Of a DNA stretch of 64,000 nucleotides, positions 23,057-36,600 are shown one piece after another; position 1 is the stretch's first letter, and each line of letters starts with the position of its first letter. The position numbers were made by a program, and so were the translations under genes. The notes under the pieces are model-generated. The model was not told where the DNA came from. It made no database searches and worked only from the letters and a program-made list of their open reading frames with translations. The stretch covers positions 164,920,001-164,984,000 of the forward strand of contig OZ024743.1 of NCBI GenBank assembly GCA_964016885.1, read 5' to 3'. The DNA is from Eledone cirrhosa (taxonomy: Eukaryota).

Positions 23057-24092
23057 CAATATAAACAGTTTTATAGATAAATATATTCGACATACCGTAA
23101 TAAACATCGACTTCATTTGAAGAGGTTTACGCTAGCAGTGAAAATTTTATACAGAGAGAAAGAAAGAGAAAAAGAAAGAAAGACAAAACGAAGAAAAGGA
23201 AGAAAAAGAAGAAAAAGAAAAAGAAGAAATGCAGAAAATTTTTGGCTTTGTCTTGTAATGAACTTGGCAATATATTGTCAATTAACTTTGAAGGGTTGTT
23301 CTTTGTGGTTTATTTTTATTTTTATTTTATTTTTATTTTTATATATTTTTTTTAGTATTGTAGTATTCTATAATATTTTTTTAGTATTGTAGTATTCTAT
23401 AATATTTTTATTTTTTATTTTTTATTTTCATTTTTAATATTTTTAATATCTTTAATATGTAAATTTTTAATACGTAATATTTTTTAATACGTAGTATTTT
23501 TAGTATGCAATATTTTTATTATGTAATATTCTTTCGTAATATTTTTTTAGTTTAATATTATTTTTTAATATTTAATAATAATAATAATAATATTTTTTAT
23601 ATTTTTTATTTTTTTAGTTTTCTATTCTATATTTTTACTTATTATTATTATTATTGTTATCTTTTTATTTTTAGTTTTGTTTATAATATAATATATATTT
23701 TTATTAGTATATTGAAATCTGCTCTCTATTTCTGCTTGATAGATAATCTTGTAGAGTAATCGCAGGAATAATAATACGCTCAAATTTTTATACCACATTG
23801 AGAATGTTTTCCGGTAACCTAGAGTTTGCAGAGTGAATCAGTTGGATTCACATGGATGTTTGTAGCTGTCACATAAACATATGAATTTTATAAAACTAAA
23901 CATAAGATAATGAATTTTCACACATTGTGGATACTTGTTTCATTCATGAATACTGATATTTACAATGTAGTGTAAGTTTTATAAATACTAATACATTAAA
24001 ACATAGGGTTTTCTACGCCTCGAATATGTCTGGCTATTTTTAAATTTTTTTCTCTATATATATATATCTCCCTTACATTAATACTTGAGCTG

Positions 24093-24276
24093 GGCGGTGG
24101 ATTGGCAGTATCGGTAGAGGGTCGGACGCCATGCTTTCCAGCATAGTTACGTCCCTTTACGATCTGAGTTCAAATCCCGCCGAGGTTGACTTTGCCTTTC
24201 ATCCTTACGGGGTCGATAAAATAAAGTACCAGTAATGCACTGGGTAATTGCTGGCCTTGTGCCAAAAGTAGAAACA
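24093..24276 (+). mobile_element. tRNA-derived SINE
   Basis: Near-identical to 7067. 15-bp TSD ATTAATACTTGAGCT (24077/24277). Confidence 0.88.
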
Positions 24277-24290
24277 ATTAATACTTGAGC

Positions 24291-24325
<35 letters not shown>

Positions 24326-24680
24326 ATGTATCATTGATACACTTACTCAAAATGACCTCCCACTACCTAATTTTCTATATATATATATGTATCTATCTCT
24401 ATTTCCTCTCTCTCTCTATATATATATATATCTTTCTGTTTCTTTACATGAAGCTCTTCGCTTTATCTATTTTTCCATCTCTCTATTTTGTTCCATGCAT
24501 TTCTGCATTTCTTCTTTTTCTTTTTCTTCTTTTTCTTCCTTTTCTTCGTTTTGTCTTTCTTTCTTTTCCTCTTTCTTTCTCTCTGTATAAAATTTTCACT
24601 GCTAGCGTAAACCTCTTCAAATGAAGTCGATGTTTGTTACGGTATGTCGAATATATTTATCTATAAAACTGTTTATATTG

Positions 24681-24746
24681 TATTTTGTCTGATGAAGGCA
24701 TAGCATATTGTTAATATGATATCCCTGAAATATATATAATGAAATA
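24681..24746 (+). ncRNA. Type I hammerhead ribozyme
   Basis: TATTTTGT-CTGATGA-AGG..CATATT GTT AATATG..CCT-GAAA-TATATA-TA-ATGAAATA. Predicted cut after 24738. Confidence 0.78.
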
Positions 24747-25769
24747 AATATGGTTTTATAAATATAGTTTTCCATTTATTTAATACTGTATATATATATA
24801 TATATATATATACGGCTAGGTTTACCGGCATTTTATCTTTTCAGGAATCCCCCCCCCCCATCATCGCTGACTTGAGAGGGCGTGCGGTATATCTTTTCAG
24901 GGGGGGGGGGGGGGGAGTAACGTGCTCTGATGTTGGGTTTGAAAATAGTTTTTAGGATTCCCCAGGTCAGCAGCCAGTACGTTAAAGAAAATTGATAGTT
25001 TCAACAATAAAGGTTGAACAGAGAACAACTTTGTTAACAAACTTTACAATAATGTGTACAACCATAATGGAAATTCCAAGTAACAGAAAATACATAAATT
25101 ACATTGTTAGAGCCTCAGAGTATACAATATTTTTTGTCCGGCTCTCGGGAGCAAAGATGAAGAGATTGTTTGGCGAGCTCACCCTAGAGCATCCTACATA
25201 CAATTGACCATGGTTTTCCCAGATGAAGGCCAGCCACTTTTAGGGTTTGACCCTGAGCTTTGTTGATGGTAATCGCGAAGCTTAGACTCTCTGTTGCCCT
25301 AGTAACATTTTTTCTTCTGGAAAATCTGATCTTGCGGCCAGGCTAGGACTTCTTGGGTGGCATATCGGCAGTAACAATGACGATAAGCCGTCTGTGCTTT
25401 CGTGAAATAAATACGTTTGTTTATATTTTGTTTTTGTGTATGCAAAAATATCTGTACACAAATATATAATTATATATATATATATATATATATATTAAAA
25501 TAACAGATTAAAGTTTAAGCAAAGAATAGCTGCTTTTACCCTTAACGGTATCTTCTGAAACTAAAAAAATCAATCTGTGAACGCAGAAGTAAATATTTCG
25601 AAAAACGTTGCAACCGAAAGAAAACAGGAAGATGATACTTTGATTTGTGAAGACGTTAGGAATGTCGTATAACCGGAAGTGTTGACATTCGAAAATTTTA
25701 AAGAAGTGAATATTTAAATAAACGATAAAATATCTTGAATCTTTTAACAAAATTTAGTAGATGAAAATA

Positions 25770-25874
25770 CCCTGACTTTCGTACTTGGTAAAAGTTACAT
25801 CTATGGTGCAAATTTGGTGCTGTTTGGTCCAGCCGATTGGCGAAAAGTTTGTTACATACATACGGCCGTCAGCT

Positions 25875-25880
<6 letters not shown>
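25770..25880 (-). mobile_element. Possible non-autonomous Helitron terminal fragment
   Basis: AAATTTGGT..GGTCCAGCCG..ACATACATAC..CTTTATAATAT resembles Lep1-like Helitron ends and the 47460-47570 end. Confidence 0.35.
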
Positions 25881-25933
<53 letters not shown>

Positions 25934-26024
25934 CGAAGAAATTGTGGTAAGGAACCAGATGGACCATAACGCACAGGAGTACTCAATACTTAGGGTAGTA
26001 GAGTGGGTAATAGGAAAAAGTATG

Positions 26025-26120
26025 ACCCCGACGGCAGAGCTCAAGCCGTTTCGACGGCTATTTCTGGACTAGATTAGAATTTTTAGCCTGGTAAAAAAAT
26101 AGCCGAACTTGTCAAGGGGT
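26025..26120 (-). ncRNA. Type I hammerhead ribozyme, U3:A8 core, full stem III
   Basis: Minus strand ACCCC-TTGACAA-..CGGCTATTT..AAATAGCCG..-GAAA-CGGC ttgagctct GCCG-TC-GGGGT. Partial relatives at 7395-7512. Confidence 0.72.
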
Positions 26121-26245
26121 ACTTCCTTATATGGGATGATTGTAGTTATGGAGAGGATTGGTCAAAATTTGTTGTAAACACAAATCCTTTAAGCACATTA
26201 TTTACAGGGAATAGCGAAGGCCTATGCCTCCGTTAATTTATCGTG

Positions 26246-26297
<52 letters not shown>

Positions 26298-26513
26298 TAT
26301 TTACGTATCGAGAGAGAGAAAAAAAAGGAGAGGATAGGTGATACATATAGTTATTTGCCAAGTAGCGTATGCCGAAGGTGCTCGATACTAGTGCCGGCAG
26401 TATTAAATATTCGAAGTGTTAATATTTAGTGGGCTAGAGAGTTAGCAGAGCGTAAGCAGGTGGGAAAGTAAGAAATCAGAGAATAGACCGTTAAAACATG
26501 TTTATTTAAAACA

Positions 26514-26555
26514 GCACCTACGTACGTTTCGCCCAGTTGGGCTTCTCAAGGGCAT
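26514..26555 (-). ncRNA. Minimal type I hammerhead ribozyme, U3:A8 core
   Basis: Minus strand ATGCCC-TTGAGAA-GCCC AACT GGGC-GAAA-CGTACG-TA-GGTGC. An inverted copy with a deletion lies near 27030-27063. Confidence 0.72.
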
Positions 26556-27117
26556 AAATACTCGGAAAGAGTTTTAGGGGTTAAATTCACGTCAAGGTTC
26601 ATTGCTCGCAAAAATAGCTTGTTTTGATTTTGCAGCAGGTCAAGGGAGGTAACTCTGGCTGGTGTTAGGGCAGTCTTTCCCGGACAAATTTTTATCCGCT
26701 ACAAGATGAGGTTACAACCTTACCATTGTCGATACGCACATGGCCATGTAACCAACGCTTATTTTGAGACGTTTGTTTTGCCTCATCTGTTTGTCTGAGT
26801 CGTTTGAGGCTGGGTCTGGTATGCAAGGTTAGTTTCCTGGGTGTTATTTTGCAGCGACTTCCTGCCGGGGTGTTAAGACTTGTTGCAGGGAGATCCGGTG
26901 TACGTTTTCACTCCTCATCCTTAACCCTGCTGCAAAATCAAAACAAGCTATTTTTGCGAGCAATGAACCTTGACGTGAATTTAACCCCAAAAACTCTTTC
27001 CGAGCAATGTAAGGAACACTTTTGGTTATTTATGCCTTTGAGAAGCCCAACGTACGTAGGTGCTGTTTTAAATAAACATGTTTTAACGGTCTATTCTCCG
27101 ATATCTTACTTTCCCAC

Positions 27118-27189
<72 letters not shown>

Positions 27190-27204
27190 CATATACGTGC
27201 TGCT

Positions 27205-27513
27205 TTAAACGTGTCTTGGAGGGAACACCCAACAAATAAGGATCTCTATGGCAATATACCACCTATCAGCAGGTCAATACGTGGACAGAGACTCAGATTT
27301 GCTGGCCACTGTTGGCGCAGCAAGGAAGAAATAGCAGGCGATGTATTGTTATGGAGTCCATCTCATGGAGCAAGAAACGCTGGTCGTCCCAAGAAGACAT
27401 ACGTCAAGCAACTGGATGCACTGCGGAAGAACTGGCAAACGCTATGAGAGACAGAGATGGATGGAGGAAACGTGTCGTAGAAAGCCGAGCAAGCTCGACC
27501 TGATGATGATGAC
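27205..27513 (+). mobile_element. RTE-clade LINE 3' fragment
   Basis: SWREHPTNKDLYG..RLRFAGHCWR..GRPKKTY..MRDRDGWR followed by a (TGA)n tail. Confidence 0.8.
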
Positions 27514-27680
27514 ATATTGTATAAAGCTATGCTTGAAGCGAAATCCTATTTCTTTTCTGTTGTAAATTGAGCCAACTTATACAGCTTCATATGCAAATGA
27601 GATTAATCACCTCATTTACACAGACGAGAAAACTATATATTCTCACCTGTCTTCTAGTCCAGCAGTCGCAAGCGGTGGGA

Positions 27681-27733
27681 GGGACCATCCTGACGATGGC
27701 CAGTTAAGCCTGAAATGCATAGACGGTTGTCCC
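27681..27733 (+). ncRNA. Minimal type I hammerhead ribozyme
   Basis: GGGACCATC-CTGACGA-T-GGC cagttaa GCC-T-GAAA-TGCA-TA-GACGGTTGTCCC. Confidence 0.75.
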
Positions 27734-28574
27734 CCTTGCTTCTGCTGGACATCACCAGAGGGCGTTAGCTCCGGTGTTTGCATAGCTACGGCTTCCTAAA
27801 ACCGTATTTCTTTGGAAATACGAAATTATTATACATATATATATACTGTATATATAATATATATATATATATATGGTATCAGATACCATGTGCGTTATTA
27901 TATATGCGCACACTATTCAGTTTTTTAATATACTTAGAATTGACCAGGATACTAATAATTCTTCACCCGCTGATGAGAAAGAATTGGTATTCCTCTTCAC
28001 AATTAATATTGCGAAACAGCATCATCAAAGGTGTCCGGGTGATTGGTACTTACCACAATTCCGGTTTATATTTACTTTCTTGATTTATTCTTAAATTGAG
28101 TCTGGCGAACCCTATTGTCTATAGTCAGTATTCTTTTCACCTTAGCGAATCTGGTCCCTTTCGATTTGAACACATATATGTATATGTCTGTGTTCGTTTT
28201 TCTTTTATATTCAGTTATATATATATATAGGGAAAAGCGAAGTAGTTTCAGATGTTCGGGACCTGTAAAAACTAACACTCTCCCATCCCCTCTGGCTTTC
28301 GGCTGACTGCCACAGACGGGATGGGTAGCAGTAAACTATGGTACAGGCCTGAATGGGTCATTGTTTGGCTGAGAGGGGGAACTGACTAAGCGAATTTCGT
28401 TGAAATCTGCGGTAGCTAATGGTCAGCTTCCTCTGGACCTGCGCCTGCACAGACCGGTGGGGGTGAATTGGTACTCACAGGGAACGGATGAAGAACACAA
28501 AAGCACACACTTCGTCCGTTCCCATGTCGATTCAATTTGGGTTGCCTCGGAAACATAACCTTATTATGTAACAA

Positions 28575-28648
28575 GCTGTCTGACGATGTCGCGAGACTGG
28601 CGCACAGAACAGTGTGGACACTGTCGCCATTGAAATATATATCACAGT
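28575..28648 (+). ncRNA. Type I hammerhead ribozyme
   Basis: GCTGT-CTGACGA-..TGGCG..ACAGTGT GG ACACTGT CGCCA..-GAAA-TATATA-TC-ACAGT. Predicted cut after 28643. Confidence 0.75.
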
Positions 28649-29969
28649 ATTATTATTAAAAGACTTGAACATCTGAAACTACTTCGCTTTTCCTTATTCG
28701 ATATTTACTCCGTCACTCCTATGTGGAATAAGTACGTTGAGTGCTTGAAATGAATTGCATCAATGTTTACCCTAAGAATTTAGCTCCAATTAGTTGAGCG
28801 CTCTATGATGTAACCGATATGGTGGAGAAGAGAGAAACCAACAACGAGCTACACCCGGAAATTTCCGCTACCATGGGGATGGGAACCCTTGACATTGGAC
28901 GGACATAATAATAACTTTCGGCAGGATAAATACGCGGAAACAAAAACAAAGATAAACCCCTATTTTCCTGCACCAAATTGCATTTGAACAGAAGCCCCCT
29001 CAATTCAATCTATACATGGACAGATTGACAATCATATGGATCATTTTGCATATATGTACTCTATGTGTTTTTGCATTTATTCATTATTGGTTCTTTTCTT
29101 TTGTGTACTTTATATCTGTTTTTTTTTGAGGGGGGGGGGGATTCATGTGATGGAAATTATGAACATGTACCCGATTGACTACTACCTTTCATACTGTAAT
29201 TTACCCTCCGTTCTACTGTACGGTACTATCGTTCAGTATGTGGATAGTGTAACTGTGACATTAGTGCCCCTTTCAGAACTTCTTACTTAAACATCTCTCT
29301 GCATATTATTTACTCACTTCAATCTATATTTTTTTTTTACTCACCTCAATCCGGATTCTCACTTGAAAAATTTTTTAATTTCTAATTGTTAATTTTTTTA
29401 TTTTTTTATTTTTTTATTTTTTTATTTTTTTATTTTTTTATTTTTTTATTTTTTTATTTTTTTATTTTTTTATTTTTTTATTTATAATTTCTGATATTTG
29501 ATTTAGGATTTTCGATTTTAAATTTTAATTTTTATTTCCAACTCTCACTCATAACTTCCAATGTGAAACCATGATACCTAAAATTAAGTATATTTTCTCT
29601 TGGGGGTTGATGGTCAGTTGTACTGTCCATGCTTGGTGAGACGTAGTATTGGGACCTGTAAATACTAACACTCTCCCATCCCCTCTGGCTTTCGGCTGAC
29701 TGCCACAGACGGGATGGGTCGCAGTAAACTATGGTACGGGCCTGAATGGGTCATTGTTTTGGCTGAGAGGGGGAACTGACTAAGCGAATTTCGTTGAAAT
29801 CTGCGGTAGCTAATGGTCAACTTCCTCTGGACCTGCGCCTGCGCAGACCGGTGGGGGTGAATTGGTACTCACAGGGGTACGGATGAAGAACCCAAAAGCA
29901 CACACTTCGTCCGTTCCCATGTCGATTCAATTTGGATTGCCTCGGAAACATAACCTTATTATGTAACAA

Positions 29970-30043
29970 GCTGTCTGACGTTGTCGCGACACTGGCACAC
30001 AAAACAGTGTGGACACTGTCGCCATTGAAATATATATCACAGC
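29970..30043 (+). ncRNA. Hammerhead ribozyme copy with core mutation (CTGACGT)
   Basis: Paralog of 28575 with A9 changed to T and a perfect stem I GCTGT/ACAGC. Confidence 0.6.
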
Positions 30044-30170
30044 ATTATTATTAAAAGACTTGAACATCTGAAACTACTTCGCTTTTCCTTATTCGATATT
30101 TACTCCGTCACTCCTATGTGGAATAAGTACGTTGAGTGCTTGAATTGAATTGCATCAATATTTACCCTAA

Positions 30171-30265
<95 letters not shown>

Positions 30266-30298
30266 AAAGAATAGAGGTGTAACACACGAGTTATGATA

Positions 30299-30790
30299 TA
30301 TTGGTAAAAGGAAAAGAAAATGCTGACAAATTGTTCCCAGTGAAAAATAGTTTAATTAGGAATAAGTAAAAATTAGTAATAGCATTGGTTAGTATTCTGT
30401 TTTGGTTTTAAGTTTTACCGGTTGCGCATTTCTAATGCTTTTCAAAAATAATTTTGAGATAGAGCGCCCGTGATGTTTGCTCTAATCTGATTAGTTTTGG
30501 AAATTCTACCTGTTTTATGTAAAAAAAAGTGGCTCCAGATGTATGAAAAAATTCTTGTGGTCAAAACAATTTTGATTGGTCAGTAGAGGTCATGTGAATG
30601 TTAAAAATTGATTTTGCGCCAAATGTAGGTTTGTCTCGGCTGATTGAGAAGTCACTGAAAAATAAGTCTTTCAAGACAAATATGTGTGTGTGTGTGTGTG
30701 TAGTAGTAAAGAGGTTCGTTGTTGTGATAATGGTCAGCAGGGATGTGTGTGCGAACCGCAGCCTGTTGACAGTTCAAATTCCTATTAAGA

Positions 30791-30867
<77 letters not shown>

Positions 30868-31784
30868 CAGAGTAATTCGTGGTAGATGGATGGTCAGTAG
30901 GAATGTGTCTGTACGTGTGTGGGGGATATTTTAACATGTTAAAAGATATTTTTCAGCTCTTGTCTTATACGGAGAAGTGTGTGTGTGTGTGTGTATGTCT
31001 CTTTGCATGTTAATGTACGCGTGTGTATGTGTGTGTGTATATATGTGTGTGTATATATGTGTGTGTGTGGGTGGACCAGTATTTTTGTGATACTGGTAAA
31101 AATGGTGTACATTATTCGATATTTTCAGTAAAAACGATTCTCTCAATAGAACATCAAAAACCTTAATAATAAAAGGTGTGAAATGATATATAGTATTGGC
31201 ATAAGACCAAGGTGTGTGTGAGTGTCCAGATTGTACGTACTGCAAGGGGAATCCATTAGGCCTTGCCGTATTGGAATACTTGTGTACAAATATGTATGTG
31301 CCCATCAGTGTGCAATGCATGTGTGCGTATATGTATGTGTGTGTGTCGGCACGTTTATATCTATAGACATCAAAAGGTATGCAAATTTGTGTATATTTGT
31401 GTTGCACCATAGAACATGTGTGTTTACGTATGTCATTGTGTTTATATGTGGTTAGAGATGTATGCTGATGTAGGTATATATGTTGACGTGTGTATGTTGT
31501 GGGTTCGTCTTAGGGAGAGGTGTTTAGACGGGGTCCGTATTTGTTAATAAAGTGAGATTCCTTGCTGATGCGCTGGGAGGTAGAATTTCCAAAACTAATC
31601 AGATTAGAGCAAACATGGCGGGCGCTCTATCTCAGAATTATTTTTGAAAAGCATTAGAAATGCGCAACCGGTAAAACTTAAAACCAAAACTGAATACTAA
31701 CCAATACTATTACTAATTTTTACTTATTCTTAATTAAACTATTTTTCACTGGGAACAATTTGTCAGCATTTTCTTTTCCTTTTA

Positions 31785-31790
<6 letters not shown>
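30299..31790. repeat. Inverted repeat pair (30299-30511 / 31578-31790)
   Basis: About 210-bp reverse-complement arms with (TA)n tracts at or near the outer ends. Confidence 0.85.
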
Positions 31791-31843
<53 letters not shown>

Positions 31844-32770
31844 AATATGTATAATATATATATACATATATAATATATATATATAGCTTATTAGAAAAAG
31901 TGTAAATTTGTGGTGTAAATTTCTAATAAGCTCGCCTATTAACCTAACCATAACTGCTTTTCCTTCACTCTGCCCTAGATAATTCCATAGGCAGAGTTTT
32001 CTATATACGCTTTCTGTCTACGAGACTAACTAGCTATTACGAATAGCATTTACTGTAGTATATTTACATATGATATGGCACTTTAGCCAGATGCAGACTA
32101 GGCCATACTGTGTATTTCACGAGGGATGTTGGGTTGCGTAACCGAACGCGAAGACTGTGAGAGATAGCAGATATTGCAGACCCGTTTTATTTCCACTTCC
32201 TTCATTGGAGTGATTTACCTCATTTCATTGTATTCTGTTTGGGATTTAAGGTTTCGTGCAGACTGCCTCTGTGGAAACATCCTCTATGCGTGTATTTGGA
32301 AACCTTGTATTATGTCGCCTAATACTTGGAACCAGAACCAACGGATAGAGGGTCATGGCCGGATATGGAGAAATCAACCTGTTACAAGGCGATTCCACTG
32401 GAGTGCACCATTTTTCCTATAAACAATCCTGCCTGTAAAGCTGCACCACAGCTAACCAACTTTTCTGTTTACTGATTCCTGCTTACAAGCTTTCATACCT
32501 GTAAATCATGTACTTGCTCTGCTTATGAATTGATGTATCTATGCCTGTTTTTCTTCTTATCATGCTGAGTAACACCCTCATTCATTTCTTGCTCTCCTCT
32601 CTCCTCTCTCAACTTCCTTATGATCTATTGCACCATTTATGTGATAAACTTTTGACGTAATTTTTTATGATGTAATTTTTTGCGACATTATATGTATCAT
32701 GTATTGTGTCTTGTCCTTCTTCCTTGTTCTGGTGACTAGGCTCGGTGGAGCCTGCAAACTTTAATATACT

Positions 32771-32834
32771 TTTGTTTATAGGCTCTGATGATTCCTGCCC
32801 TAGGGTATGGACGAAACACTGTTAGCAAATAAAA
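32771..32834 (+). ncRNA. Type I hammerhead ribozyme
   Basis: GCT-CTGATGA-T-TCC TGCCC TA GGGTA T GGA-C-GAAA-CACTG-TT-AGC, followed by AATAAA. Confidence 0.68.
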
Positions 32835-33636
32835 CAATGTATTTCTAAGCACTCTGTGGTTATTCCTAAACTTATAACGGCTCTGTAGTATACTAGTTAT
32901 CCTACATTGAGCTAAAACCACACTGTCATATCAAGGACAATATATCTGTGTGTCTGTGCACATTAGTATAATTGTCAACCAAACTATATATATATATATA
33001 TATATATACATAATATGCCTCATTCTGTTTGAACCCTTCCTAAAAACTAACCTTCTCCTAAAGTTACCCCATTGTTATTATTATTATTCTAGAATCTTCC
33101 TCTCCTCGCTCCCTCTCATTGTCTATACGCTTGCACCTTCTCACGCCTCCCCCTCTTCTCTCCGCCAGTATAAAATAAACCCTGTAGGGTTCTAAGGCCA
33201 GAATGTATCTATCTAATCTCTCTTTACCGCCGATTTGTCGATTTGAGAAATGTAAGCAAAACACTTGTCTTTTCATTTTTCGTAGTCCATTTGATGACCA
33301 GTGTCATTTAAACTTTTATTTATGCCCGTTTAGAATCTAATCACTCTTTTTTCTCTCGGATTTTCAATTAATATTTCACATGATTTTAATAATATGCCTC
33401 ATTCTGTTTGGACCCTTCCTAAAAACTAACCTTCTCCTAAAGTTACCCATTTCCCGCCCTCCCACCCCTGCACACCACCATTGCTATTTAGTCCAATCAT
33501 AACTTAGCGGTTTATAGTAATTTCTCTTAATTATGTATAGCAAAGCTAACACCCCGGTTATTACTCCTTAAGTTTAGACCTGGTTGTTTTTCGGTTTGCG
33601 AGGTGGACTACGGAATTTGGAAAGTCTGAACACTCA

Positions 33637-36600
33637 ATGACAATGTCACAGATAAAGATAAATTCACCTCCCGCTGCGGGACGAGAATGCAAAGACCCCT
33701 CTTTATTTCAGACATTAATGACCAACATAATTCCGTCTCCCACACCCCTCCCTGCCCCTCCAACCCATCCATTCCACCCACCAAACTTCAGAGTTGGTAC
33801 CATGAACGTAGGCACATTGAAAAGCCGCTCAAATGAGTTTGTAGAGATGCTTGAACGTAAGGAAGTCGATGTTTGTTGTGTTCAAGAGACTAGGTGGAGA
33901 GGTGGGTCTGCTAGATTCATTGTGAGTAAAAAACGATGCTATAATTTTTTCTGGATGGGAAATGACAACAGACTGGGTGGAGTAGGAATTATGTTAGCTG
34001 AAAAATGGGTAGATAAGGTAATTGCCATAAATAGAGTGAACAACAGAATAATTAAAATAAGACTAGTTCTAAATAGAACAACTGTGACAATAATATCCGC
34101 TTATGCACCCCAATCTGGTCTAGCTGACGTTATAAAGGACAGGTTCTATGAGTCACTAATGCACACTACCTCCCAAATAACCGACAGCGACTACTTAATT
34201 ATTGCTGGTGACCTAAATGGTCACGTTGGACAACATAGTGGTGGCTATGATGGAATCCATGGAGGCTATGGGTTTGGTAATAGAAATGAGGAAGGCTTCA
34301 GAATCCTGGAATTCTGTGACGCTAATAAAAATCTGTAACACAAACTTCAAAAAACGAGAAAATCACTTGATCACCTATAGATCAGGTGAACACGCCAGCC
34401 AGATAGATTATATCCTTACTAGAAGACGTGACAAATTGTCTGTTGTAAACACTAAATCCCTCCCTCGTGAAGAATGCACCTCCCAACATAGCCTAGACCT
34501 CATAGTCAGGAATAGATGTACTCTACGACAGAGGAGGACTAACTTGAGGAGAAGAATATGAAAGTTGAAGGACCCCATAGCCAGTGAAAAATTTAAAAGC
34601 TTATTAGTTGATGCTTTTGACAGTAAGGAAGAGCAATTAGAGACGTACACTATAGAAGAACAGTGGGAATACTTGAAAGTTAACCTGCTGAAGGCCACAG
34701 CTGAAGTTTGGAGAGAGTAACTTGGTGGTGGAACAGTAAGGTGGAGGTGACAATCAAGGCCAAAAAAGCAGGCTTGGAAAGTATGACAGGATGGGGGAAG
34801 TAGAGAACACTATCAAGTGGCCAGGAGAGAAGCTAGGAGACAAGTGTACTTTGCAAAAAGGGAAGCAAAGGATAGAAAGTTCAAGCATGTTCTACAACGT
34901 GAGGACCAAAAACGTGAGGTGTTCAGGATAGCTAGACAATGAGTCAAGAAAAACCGGGATATTGTCGGGGAGAAGTGTGTCCGTAATGATAATGGTGTAC
35001 TTGCCCTCACTAATACTGATAAGAAGGTAGCTTGGAAGTGTCACTACGAGAGACTACTAAATGAGGAGAATAAATGAGAAAAAGATAGTCTGCCCCAAAT
35101 CAATTCAATAGAAGGACCAGCGGTGCAAGTTAAAGGTAGTATAATAAGTAAGGCAATCAAAGATATGAAGACGGGCAAGGCAGTTGGGCCTTCGGAAATA
35201 GTTGCTGAGATGTTGAAAGCATCTGGAATGGTGGGACATACTATGGTCACCCGGATAGTAAACCACCAAGTAATAGAGAATGGGGTCATACCAAAAGACT
35301 GGCGTAGCAGTATCATCATTAACTGCTACAAGGGTAAAGGGGATGCTCTAGATAGAGGAAACTATAGAGGCATTAAGTTAGTTGACCAGGGCATGAAGGT
35401 CACAGAAAGAGTTATAACGCAACTAATCAGAGATGAAATGCAGTTTGGGTTTGTGTCAGGTAAAAGTACCACAGACGCTCTTTTCATTGTACCACAACTA
35501 GAGGAGAAGTACCTAGCTAAAAGTTAACCGCTCTACTTCGCTTTTGTAGACCTGGAGAAAGCCTTTGACAGAGCCCCCCGCTCCATTATCTGGTGGGCTC
35601 TTAGAAAACTAGGTGTAGATGAATGGCTTGTGAGAGCTATACAAGCTATGTATAAAGAAACAGTCAGTAAGGTTAGAATTAACAATGAATATAGTGAAGA
35701 ATTTAGTGTAAAAGTTGGTGTTCATCAAGGCTCTGTCCTATTTATTATTGCCCTTCAAGCTATAACAGAGGAGTTTAAGACCGGCTGCCCACGGGAACTT
35801 CTATACGCAGATGATCTAACTCTCATAGCTGAATCTATGGCTGAACTAGAGAATAAATTCCAAACATGGAAGCATCGCCTAGAATCAAAAGGCCTTAAAG
35901 CTTACTTGTCTAAGACCAAAGTTCTAGTTTGTAGAAAGGAAAATAGGGCACAGGTGCCCTCTGGGAAATAGCCATACGCAGTGTGTAGGAAAGGAGTAGG
36001 CAGAAATTCAATTTTATGTCCCAAATCTAAACTATGGGTACGTAAAAGACGTAGTGGGATCACAGCTAAACTATCTAAGAACATAGATTTTATATGCGCC
36101 CGACGCTCAGATGCAATAGGTAGCAAGTGCCCACAGGATACTAGCTCCTTCTATTACCCAGATGGTTCTATAGAAATAATGGACACTTTTCATTACCTGG
36201 GTGACAAAATAAGCAGTGGTGGAGGGTGCTCTGAAAGTACAGTAGCCAGAATCAGAACGGGATGGAAAAAGTTCTGAGAGCTTATACCACTGTTGGCCAC
36301 AAAAGGTTTTTCTCTAAAAATGAAAGGCAGATTGTATGATGTCTGTATACGAACAGCAATGTTACATGGCATTGAGACATGGGCATTGTGTGCAGGGGAG
36401 CTGCGCAGACTGGAGAGGAACGAAGCATGCATGCCCCGTTGGATGTGTAATAGTAATATAAGCGAACGGCAAAACATAAATGAACTAAGTGAGAAATTAG
36501 GAATAAGAAGGATTAGATGCTGTTTACTTGAGAGAAGACTACGTTGGTATGGTCACGTGATGCGCATGAAAGACGACAGTTATATAAAAAAAAGTGCAGG

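Larger units (their letters stand above)
22950..24786. repeat. Inverted repeat pair (22950-23234 / 24497-24786), probable Penelope pseudo-LTRs
   Basis: About 285-bp near-identical reverse-complement arms, each carrying a hammerhead. Confidence 0.85.
28258..30171 (+). mobile_element. Non-coding element with ~520-bp direct repeats (28258-28776 / 29651-30171), Penelope pLTR / retrozyme-like
   Basis: Near-identical direct repeats, a hammerhead in each, a short inverted piece at 28231-28257, (TA)n flanks. Confidence 0.75.

Noticed and set aside
27962-28033. Additional hammerhead (CTGATGA..GAAACAGCATC)
   Set aside because: Stems I and II could not be closed convincingly.
31561-31672. Hammerhead in the 31578 inverted arm (CTGATGC..GAAA TGCGCA)
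   Set aside because: Both the core and the cleavage triplet deviate from consensus.
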